Assembly: GCF_006345805.1 (NCBI RefSeq)
Contig: NC_043004.1
Coordinates: 83,886,001 to 83,950,000, forward strand
Source of the DNA: Octopus sinensis
Taxonomy: Eukaryota
Direction: 5' to 3'
Length of the DNA stretch: 64,000 bases
Both the position numbers and the translations under genes were made by a program. This document shows positions 53,460 to 64,000 of this stretch, one piece after another (position 1 is the first letter of the stretch; each line of letters begins with the position of its first letter). Under the pieces are notes generated by a model. It saw only the letters and a program-made list of their open reading frames with translations, was not told where the DNA came from and ran no database searches.

Positions 53460-54790
53460 ACTTCCAATCTAAAAATCAAAATTTTAAATATAAAAATAAT
53501 ACTTTTAAATAATTAAAGTATAAATGAAAAATATAAGTATATAATCCATATATAACCTATATATAATCCATATCGAAAATATAGACTAATTACCACGAAT
53601 TCCCTAAAAAAAACCATGATAAAACAAAACTCTTAAAAACATATAACGATAAAATCTCCCTTTCCTAAACTCTATAACAAACCTATAAAGTAAACCCCCT
53701 AACCTAAACATTCACACACAAATACACACACGTAAACCACAGACTCACGATTTATACACATACCTATACTAACTTATAAACCTCATATACACCAAAACCC
53801 ACTCCCTCCCCACACAGACAAATTAACACATACATCCCAAAACCTAAATAACAACCCATATACACATTCACACACAAAACACACACTCACACGCAAAACA
53901 CTCACAACACAAAAGATACATATACTCTCCCTCACATATACGCCTATACATACTCACTAAACTCGACATATACAACAATACTACACACCCACAAAAAACA
54001 TTATATACATTTATGAGCTTTACTCACCTTAGCATCTCTAACAAACAACTTGCAGTAACCCAATCCCATTCTCTATGCCTACCTCACTACTACACTATTC
54101 CATTCACATTCCAAGCAACGCTAGTCCACCACCCGGTTATTCACGTGGCAAAACGAACACCACCACTCAAAATTATGAATGAAACAATGTAAACAAATAA
54201 CCAACACCTAAAATAGACAAAATACCACAAATTACCTAAAAAAAACCATGATAACCAAAACTCATAAAAACATATAACGATAAAATCTCCCTTTGCTAAA
54301 CCCTATAACAAACTTATATAGCAATCCCCCTAACCTAAACATTCACACACAAAAACCCAACGTAAACACAGACACAAGACTTATACACAAACCTATACTA
54401 ACTTATAACCTCAATATACACCAAAACCACTCTCCCCCCCACACAGACAAATTAACACATACTCCCAAATCCTAAATAACAAACCCAAATACACATTCAC
54501 ACACAAATACACACACACGCAAAACACACACACACAACAGATACATATGCTCCCTCACATATACGCTATACATACTCACTAAAACTCGATATATACAACA
54601 ATATTTACATACACCCACACTCTACAGATAAATAAATTAATTATACATTAAAAACTCACAACCAATCTCAATTGGATTTAATCCTAAATCTGATTTTTTT
54701 TCCCTGTAAATTTGATATATCCCCTAATATTTATTATTATATAATATTGATAATTTTGTATATTGAGTGTAATACCTCAATTTCGCAATT

Positions 54791-57295
54791 ATGGATTTTA
54801 CAGGTAAGATAGAACCGCTGCTGTTTTGGGATTCATCTTTGAAAGATATTCCTATTCCTTCTAGAAAGGAATTTATCTTGAAACTTGTTAATAATGTTAA
54901 AGATTTTATTTCTAGAATTAAATGGAAAGCTTTTTACTATAATTTTTATTTATTTAATGATATTGATAGTAGGAATGATAATTATACCTCTAAATTTATA
55001 TCTAGAAAGGAACCTCCATTTAATAAAGAATTACAATTACTTGAAGATATATATGGAAGGTGGTAAAAATATTGAATTCCATAAATACCCAAATAGAAAT
55101 AATGAATATTTAAGGAATTTAGCAATTAAAATTAAAGATATGAGAAATATGGATAGTATTATAGTACAATCTGATAAAACAAGGAACTTATATAAATTAG
55201 ATGTTAATTATATGATAAACTATTAGGGAAAGAAATAATTAAAAATATAAAATTGTTCCAGATGATATTCTTTATAATATTAATAAGCCTCTAAAGTAGT
55301 AATGTTAAAATATGAGTTGGATAATAAAACTGAACCTTATGTACCTTTGCACCCCAGAATTACTCTTAAAGACCATAAAGATTTTTATCAGACCCTAAAG
55401 TTAGATTAATTTGCCCATGTAAATCGGACCTAGGTAAATTAAGTAAATTTATTTTAGATAAATATATTGATAAGTTAAATAACTTAATTATTTAAAATTA
55501 TGGTTTAGTAATAATAATACATTGAAATGGTTTAATAATATTAAAGATAAAAATCGTTATAAATTTATTCAAATAGATATAGATAATTATTATTCTTCTA
55601 TTAATGAAATGTGTTTAATAAAGCGCTTATTTTCGCAATGAATAAAGTGGGCATGTCACGGGAAGAAGTTAATGTAATTAAATTGGCTAGGAAATCGCTA
55701 ATTAAATATAAAATAAATTATGGGCTAGGAATGATACTAGAGATTGTTTTGATATACCTATGGGAGCACCAGATTCTGCACAGGCTACTGATTTAGTAGG
55801 TATTTTTCTTTTATCTGAACTCCAATTAGAAAATCTTAAATAGAGGGTGGTTTATATAGAGACGATCTTCTACTAGTTACAAAGAATTGTACTAATAGGA
55901 ATCTAGAAGTATATAAGAAAAAACTATATAGTTTCTTTAAAAGAATAGGTTTTACGTATTACTATATATAAGGAGAATTATAATGTTAATTATTTAGATG
56001 TTAATTTTAATCTTATTACAGGTAAAACACAACCATATCATAACTTAATGAGAACCTTAGATATATAAATGTTAATAGTAATCACCCATTTTCTATTAAA
56101 AAATCGTTGATTAATAATATAAGTAAACGTATTTCATTACTCTCTTATGATATAGAGATTTTTATAAACATGCTAATTATTATAATGAGGCCCTTAGAGG
56201 GGCAGGTTATAATAGATATTAAATTTTATAATATTAGCGATAATGATTTAAATGATAATTTTCGAGATACTTCTAATAATAATAATATTTTGTTACGTTT
56301 AGTGGTAAAAATAATAGATATTATAAAAAAAATAATAAAAATGATAAAAATATAAATAAGAATAATAATAATAATAATAATATAATAAAATCATATATAA
56401 TAAATAAGAATAATATAAATAAAAATAAATTTAATAATTATTATAATAATTATATTGATAAATTTAATAATATTAATAATTCCTTAATGCTGTACATAGA
56501 TATAATTCTGATAATAATTTTAATAAAATAAAGAATTATAAATATATTTATAATAATGATAATAATAATAAGGTTAATAAGAATAAAATTTGGTTAATAG
56601 TTCCTTATGGAGATCAAGTTAAAACGAATATTATTAAAGAGATTTTAGATGTTATAGAACTATTTATTAGAGATAATCGTAAATATAGAACATTTTCTCT
56701 TTTAATAATTTTGGAGTTGGTTACTCTACCACTAATAATGTTGGTAACATTATTTCTTCTTTCTATTTAATAAATATAAACTGAATATTTTTATAAAAAG
56801 AAATTATTTGATAATAATATTAATAATGATAAGACTTATATTAATTGTACATGTAGAGATAAATCTAATTGTATATTAAATAATAATTGGGATATTAACG
56901 ATGTAGTGTATAAATGTATAGTTACATTACATGATAATAACTTTAAGAATAATAATTACACAAAAGCGGTTTATATAGGTTCTACTTCCTCAAAATAAAA
57001 CTAAGAATTGCACAACATATGAATTCTTTTAAAAATAAAAACTTAATCAACTCAACCGGACTTAGTAAGTATATTTGGAGTCTTAAATCACTAATATTAA
57101 TTATAGTTTAATATGGGAAATAATTTGTAAAACTAAATCATATAATATAGGAGCTAATTGTTGTTATTTATGCTCTAATGAGTTTAAAGAAATTTTATTT
57201 TATAAGTATGATAATTTACTTAATACTGGGGAGGAGCGCAAATAAAATGTAGACACAAGTTACTTTACTTATATAATAAGTTCCATGATAAATAG
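54791..57295 (+). pseudogene. Penelope polyprotein (reverse transcriptase + C-terminal GIY-YIG endonuclease), frameshifted in this assembly
   Basis: N-terminus 'SLKDIPIPSRKEF..RIKWKAF'. RT motifs 'FIQIDIDNYYSSI' (~55565), 'FDIPMGAPDSAQATDLVG' (~55748) and 'GLYRDDLL' (55849-55872). Endonuclease 'CTCRDKSNC..VVYKC..VYIGST..STGLSKYIW..CYLC..KCRH'. Stop TAG at 57293-57295. Confidence 0.88.
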
Positions 57296-60224
57296 CAATA
57301 ATAGTTCCCTTTTAGGTTATTTTAGTTTAGTTTAAATTAGTTTAGATGATATATTTTTGGTTATGTTGTCTAGGATTTAATTATAGTTAGTCTTTATTGA
57401 TATTTCTTTGTTTTAATTAGTTCATTTTTAATGTATATTAATTTAGCAGTTTATGGTTGTTAAAACTTTAATATTTTATATTAGATTTTTTTATTTTTTT
57501 ATTTTTTTATTTTTATTTTTATTTATTTTATTTTATTATGTATTTTTATTTTGCATTTGTTATATGTATTTTGAGGATATATTTATATGTTTTTGGGTGT
57601 TAATTAGTGGTGTTTTTATTGAGTTTTGTATGTATGTGTGAATGTTTAAGATCCCTTTGTTTTTTGTTTTTTATTTGTATGTTGAATGACAGATTTTATT
57701 TGGGTATTGTCTTTTATAATAAAGTACACACCCATTACAATTATAAGTGCCCACTTCATTCGTTGTACTTGGTTTGCATGTGAGCCTCAGCATATGCACC
57801 TAACGGCCACTCCAGCCCCACATGGATATAAAAACATACATCCCCTAAAAAAAAAAAAAAAAATAAAAATAAATAAAAAAAATGGGAGTAATCCCATTCA
57901 CACCAATTATATGTATACAATTATACACATTTGAATAATACATACTAGCCCTAATATATAGAACATACTAATAATCACAACTAACCACCATCACAAATGA
58001 AACCCACACCCATTCAATGACAAACTCCCCCTTACCCTATTTACACCTACATAGTAATCCCAATTATTCTTCCATACATGGACGCAAGTGCGTGAAGCAC
58101 ATGAACATAATTAGTACGTACAACCCCTAATACACACTAATATATACGTATCAAGCTCGACCTCCACAGTGATAAGTTTACACACAATCACACCCAGATG
58201 GGTGAATTGCACAACCAGTGAATGCTAACACATACGGGTGTGATTACATTGTTGCATATATCGAGCCAAAATAGTATGCATATGTACATGTGAGGGGTAC
58301 CGTAAATGAAGTGAGCGTGTACCCCCTGTATTTATACCCGTGCGTGAATATACACATGGAGACTACCACATAGGTACAAATGTGTTAGAAATGGGAGCCC
58401 CATCACTACACTTAATGTATACTCTCACCCATCCGCACGGATGTGTAAGTTATCTCCGGCGGTGTATGTGTGAGGCTTATATGTAGAGGGTTGAAGGGAA
58501 CGTCGTTGAAATTGTGAATGAATGGGTAGAGTTGGGAATTGTAACCGGGTGGTGGACTAGTGTTGCTTGGAATTGTGAATGGATTAGGGTGGTAATGAGG
58601 TAGGCATTGAGTATGGGTTATTGTAAGTTGTTTGTTAGAGTTGCTAGGGTGAGCTAAAGCTCATAAATGTATATAATTGATTTTTATGATTTTTTAAAGA
58701 ATCCATTCATAATAAATTTTTTTTAAGTAGCGTTGGTTTGCTACGTGGAAATAGTTTTTAGTTCCATTTATATATATTTCTCCATTCATACTATGAATGA
58801 CGTTTACTTTCTATGGCGCGTATTCTTTTTTTACATTAGTTATTTCCATGGTAACGTAATTTTGTTTGGTTTTTTAACGGCTAAGAATCTAATTTCACTT
58901 CATAATTGTAACTGAATTGTAAGTATGTATTTGATTTATCCTTATGTCATAATGTTATTTTTTGATATTCTGGTTAATTACGATGTATTTATTGTGTTTT
59001 CAAAGAGTGTTTATGTATATGAGATTGGTTGTGAGTTTTTAATTGTATAATTAATTTATTTATCTGTATGAGTGTGGGTGTAAATATTGTTGTATATATC
59101 GAGTTTTAGTGAGTATGTATATGGTATATGTGAGGGAGCATATGTATCTGTTGTGTGTGTGTGTTTTGCGTGTGGTGTGTTTGTTGTGTGAATGTGTATT
59201 TGGGTTTGTTATTTAGGATTTGGGATGTATGTGTAATTTGTCTGTGTGGGGAGGGGGGTGTTTTGTGTATATTGAGGTTTATAAGTTAGTATAGGTTTGT
59301 GTATAAGTCTTGTGTCTGTGGTTTACGTGTGGTTTTTGTGTGTGAATGTTTAGGTTAGGGGGATTGCTATATAAGTTTGTATATAGGGTTTAGCAAAGGG
59401 AGATTTTATCGTTATATGTTTTTATGAGTTTTGGTATCATGGTTTTTTAGGTAATTTGTGGTATTTTGTCTATTTTAGGTGTTGGTTATTTTTTTACATT
59501 GTTTCTATAATTTTGAGTGGTGTTCGTTTTGCCACGTGAATAACCGGGTGGTGGACTAGCGTTGCTTGGAATGTGAATGGAATAGTGTAGTAGTGAGGTA
59601 GGCATAGAGAATGGGATTGGGTTACTGCAAGTTTTGTTGTTAGAGATGCTAAGGTGAGTTAAAGCTCATAAATGTATATAATGTTTTTTGTGGGTGTGTA
59701 AGTATTGTTTGTATATGTCGAGTTTAGTGAGTATGTATAGGCGTATATGTGAGGGAGTATATGTATCTTTTGTGTGTGAGTGTTTTGCGTGTGAGTGTGT
59801 GTTTTGTGTGTGAATGTGTATATGGGTTTGTTATTTAGGTTTTGGGATGTATGTGTTAATTTGTCTGTGTGGGGAGGGAGTGGGTTTTGGTGTATATTGA
59901 GGTTTATAAGTTAGTATAGGTATGTGTATAAATCGTGAGTCTGTGGTTTACGTGTGTGTATTTGTGTGTGAATGTTTAGGTTAGGGGGTTTACTTTATAG
60001 GTTTGTTATAGAGTTTAGGAAAGGGAGATTTTATCGTTATATGTTTTTAAGAGTTTTGTTTTATCATGGTTTTTTTAGGGAATTCGTGGTAATTAGTCTA
60101 TATTTTCGATATGGATTATATATAGGTTATATATGGATTATATACTTATATTTTTTCATTTATACTTTAATTATTTAAAAGTATTATTTTTATATTTTAA
60201 AATTTTGATTTTTTAGATGGAAGT

Positions 60225-60266
60225 CCACCTGAAGATTGTCGATCAAGACAAGAAACGATTGTTGGC
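60225..60266 (+). ncRNA. Hammerhead motif in the 3' pLTR (2-nt deletion at the cleavage site relative to the 5' copy)
   Basis: ccac-CTGAAGA-TTGTC gatcaa GACAA-GAAAC-gatt-GT-tgg. Confidence 0.7.
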
Positions 60267-60445
60267 GGTTTTTTTGACTATTTATTAAATTTTATGTATT
60301 GATTAAGTCTTTCCTTGTTGTTTTGCAAAATAGTGGTTTTGTCTCAATAATATTTTATAATATTTTACTATAAAATTGGATTTAATCCTAAATCTGATTT
60401 TTTTTCCCTGTAAATTTGGATATATTCCTCCCCTATATTTATATT

Positions 60446-60493
<48 letters not shown>

Positions 60494-60584
60494 TAATATA
60501 TATATATATATATAATATATATATATAATATATGGGCAGTTACCCACACCATATACATATATAAAAACAGTCATATATAATATT

Positions 60585-60982
60585 CTTTTCTACTCTAGGT
60601 GCAAGGCACGAAATTTTGAAGAAGGCGGCAGTGGATTAATACGACCGCAGTGCGCAAATGGTTCTTAATTTATCGCCCCCGAAAGGATGAATCGTAGAGT
60701 CGACCTCGGCGGAATTTGATCTCAGAATGTAAAGACAGACGAAATACCTATTTCTTTACTACCCACAAAGGGCTAAACATAAAAGAGACAAACAAAGACA
60801 GACAAAGGGATAAAGTCGATTACATCGACCCCAGTGCATAACTGATACTTATTTAATAGACCCTGAAAAGATGAAAGGCAAAGTCGGCCTCGGCGGAATT
60901 TGAACTCAGAACGTAACGGCAGACGAAATACCGCTAAGCATTAGGCCCGGAGTGCTAACATTCCTGCCACGTCTCCGCCTTG
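60585..60982 (-). mobile_element. SINE family B, dimeric arrangement
   Basis: Two successive 'gtcg(a/g)cctcggcggaatttga..cagaa..agacgaaatacc' blocks. Confidence 0.9.
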
Positions 60983-61459
60983 GTAATATATAATATATAA
61001 ACGAGAATATCTAAACTTTAGATGTTATAAAGTAATCTATTCTCCAGAGACACAACCTCTTAATTCAGCATAAAGGAACTACTGTAGATTCCCTGCGGTC
61101 GAACCGTTAGAGTCCTGGACGAATTTGGTCGCAGAATTTGTGTAGCTCCTTCTAAACTCTGCATTCAAATTGTGCCGTGGATTCATTTGAAATTTTGTTA
61201 CCATTAAAGCTTATAAAATAAATGAAGTCTTGATAGAACTTCGGAACGAATATTAAGCAACGTTTGAAGTCGCAGAAACGAAAAAAAAAGTTGTGTAGAG
61301 AGAAGAGTTTTTATCAAGAGGATATGAAACGACTAACAAGAATACCAATGAGGGAAAACAAAAACTAAAACAAAGAAAAACAGTCATATTTATGTTTGCA
61401 AGCAGCAGAATCAAGAGCAACACAGATAACACTGTGCTTCCTGGAGCTCATCAAGTGAA

Positions 61460-61777
61460 AGGTGATGGTGATGAGTACATGAAGGGCAGATGATCATAAT
61501 AAAGGAGAGGAGGAGGAAGGGAATATTTATGGTGGGTATGGTTATGATGATGCTGGTGATGATGATGATGATGACCCACATCGTCGACATCGTCGTCACC
61601 GTATTCACCACTATCATCAACATCAATATTATGACCGTAATCATCATCAAAGAGTTTCCTAACCTCCTCTTAATCACATTCAGTATCCACATTATCGCAG
61701 TCGTCGTTATCATCATCAGTATTACCACCACCACCACTACTATTATCATCCTCATCCTCATCCTCATCCTCATCATC

Positions 61778-61809
<32 letters not shown>

Positions 61810-61934
61810 TCTCATCATCATCATCATCATCACATCATCATCATCATCATCATTATCATCATCTTCATCATCATCATCCTTAGCCATACCATCTCCCCAC
61901 CTAACATCTACAACATTATTATCATTACTTTCCC

Positions 61935-61973
<39 letters not shown>

Positions 61974-62030
61974 GTTCCTCCTCCTCTCCGTCTTACCCAT
62001 CATCAACTCGCTCGTGATCATCATTATCAC
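61460..62030. repeat. Degenerate (ATG)n/(CAT)n low-complexity region
   Basis: Directly visible. Source of the poly-M/D/I/S ORFs. Confidence 0.9.
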
Positions 62031-62375
62031 AAACTGCTTCGGCAGAAAGATCGACCCCCCTCTCCACTCGGTATCAAGTGAAGCAAAGTGGCAGCGTTTA
62101 CACAATTCCACAGCCTTGTAGACATAATAACACAACATAATTTCATTCATTTAACTAATATTTAATCATCTTCAAGATATATGAGCACATTGGATTGAAT
62201 AATGTAATATTTCGTAACGTACTATGACTAAATATTACGGCGATGTACTTGCAAAGCAAGTGACCTGATCCGAAATCGTGTGCTGGAACGAAAATAATTG
62301 CAACGTGGAAGGTGTTTATAAGCCATTTAAAAAACACACAAAAACTGTTAGATTCACTTCAACATTTAAATTTAA

Positions 62376-62426
62376 TTTGTCAAAATGTTTTCGTCGCTTT
62401 GAGACCGCGACGTATTCACTGACAAA
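62376..62426 (-). ncRNA. Hammerhead-like fold with variant core (G3...U8)
   Basis: Minus strand: tttgtca-GTGAATA-c-GTCGC ggtctcaaa GCGAC-GAAA-aca-TTT-tgacaaa. Stems I (7 bp) and II (5 bp) are perfect. Confidence 0.5.
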
Positions 62427-62714
62427 ATTCCGCGCTGACTAAATACATTCAGTGTTATTACCTGCCGATACGCTCATGATTATACATGTATTTGACCAAG
62501 CCTGAAACTAGTGTATATAAAAACCGAAATATAATTAACCACAGAATCATTCTAAACGGCTTTTAAAAACCATAGCAACTACGATCAATACAGGCGAAGC
62601 AACTAACACAGCAATAGATGTATAGTCAAATATTCCAACAGATATACAAAAGCCAGGATAATCATGAGTCGGAAGGAAAGAAAACGATGGTCAAATCACC
62701 GCGATGATCCTGTT

Positions 62715-63025
62715 ACGTCTTTCTAATTTTAGTTATCTCATTCATTAGATTACGGCCATGCTGTGGCACCACATTGTAGAATTTGTAGCTTAGTGAATCG
62801 AGCCTTAATCTACTTATTTTTTGTAAAAGCCTGGTACTTACTTCTACCAGCGTTTTTAGTTGAAACGTTTGGTTACCGTAACGTAAACGCACCAACACTG
62901 GTTATGTAGCGATACCAGGAGGGGCACAACATTATATGCTGGAATTTCCTTGACCGAGGTGCCAAGCAGTTGGACTTAACCCGAAAAGGTTGTGGGGAGA
63001 GCAAGCTTCTAACCACACAAACACA
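62715..63025 (-). mobile_element. Degenerate SINE family A
   Basis: 'cggccatgctgtggcaccac', 'agcctggtacttacttcta', 'acgtaaacgcaccaacactggtt'. Confidence 0.7.
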
Positions 63026-63364
63026 CGCAAATACTTTTGCTGTAGCTGCTGCTGCTGCTGCTATGTTGAGGATGATACGACGATGACTACAACAAAGATG
63101 ATGGTGATGTACAGAAAGATGAAGGGGAGCTAATGGAAAAGGTAGAAGAGATGGAAGTAGAAGTGGAAAAGGAGGAAGAGGTGCTAGAGGAAGTGGAAGA
63201 GGAGGAAAAAGAAGAGGGAGATGAAAAGGAGGAAGAGGAGCTAGAGGAAGTGGAGGAGGAGAATTGAAATACGAGGTAGAAGTAGAGGAGGAACAAGTGG
63301 AGGAGGAAGTAGAGGAGGGGGATTTAGAGGAGAGACGGGAGGAAGAGGCGAGAGATGAGGCAGA

Positions 63365-64000
63365 GAAAATGTATATATGATCAATGGAGAGAAAGAGCAT
63401 TGATTCAACTCACGGAACAGAGATTATATTATCAAGCTAGAGCAATAAGAAAAAAATCGTTGGCTCACAGAAGCAGAGACAAAAGGTTTCACATTGGCGG
63501 CACAAGTTTAAATCTTACTAACCAAAAAGTACCAGGTTTTCTTCTAGACAGTTCTAACACTAAATGCAGATTCTGCGACACATTTGACGAAACAATAGAT
63601 CATCTCGATTCCGGAGCCTCTGTTCTGGCACCATACTTCTACCAAAACACAATGACAGAATAAAACAGTATTTACAGTGAAAAATATGTAAATAGTACAA
63701 AATCAGCACTGCTGCTTACTATGGACATCAACTTGAGCCAGTTGCTGAAGGTAAAAATGCCCCTATTCTCTGTGATTTTTCAGTCAATAGTGATAGAATT
63801 ATCCAGGCTAATCGACCAGGCATACTTATTAAAGACAGGGGAGAGGGTACTAGTGGACTAATAGATAAAAGTGTTCCCGCTGATAAAAATATATCTTTAA
63901 TGGAATTTACTAAATTAAATAAATATAAGGACATAGAAAGATGTGGCATGTTAAAGCGAGAACTGTTCTTCTTATTGTAAGTGCTCTAAGTATGACAGGA
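63365..64000 (+). mobile_element. Internally deleted R4/Dong-type LINE remnant
   Basis: N-terminal motif 'QWRER..LTEQRLYYQARAIRKK' is joined to Zn-knuckle 'CRFCDTFDETIDHL' and RLE 'ILCDFSVNSDRIIQANRPGILIKD..IDKSVPADKNISLMEFTKLNKYKD'. Confidence 0.7.

Larger units (their letters stand above)
53328..60447 (+). mobile_element. Penelope-like retroelement (Nematis-like) with inverted 5' pLTR and 3' tail
   Basis: 53328-54669 is the reverse complement of 59020-60355. 54670-54740 is directly repeated at 60376-60447. An RT + GIY-YIG coding region lies between them, and both ends sit in (TA)n. The clade name comes from remembered motif similarity. Confidence 0.9.

Overview
AT-rich, microsatellite-dense eukaryotic DNA with no confidently identifiable host gene. 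The SINE families suggest an octopus (cephalopod) genome; this is an inference from recognised SINE sequences. Almost all ORFs in the supplied track are microsatellite artefacts or transposon debris. The window holds a decayed hAT (hATm-like) transposon with nested insertions, a near-full-length R4/Dong-type LINE, a MULE transposase remnant, three tRNA-derived SINE families and a 7-kb Penelope-like element (RT + GIY-YIG) with 1.3-kb inverted terminal repeats that carry a hammerhead ribozyme. The most striking feature is at 12632-16848: a near-identical, non-coding tandem array of ~535-bp units (6 full, 1 partial, plus 1 inverted unit), each carrying a type I hammerhead ribozyme fold. It is a candidate retrozyme, i.e. 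a non-autonomous Penelope-dependent element that could yield self-cleaving, possibly circular RNA. Several other unrelated hammerhead-like motifs occur across the window, mostly next to (TA)n tracts. All calls were made by eye; no database search or folding program was run.
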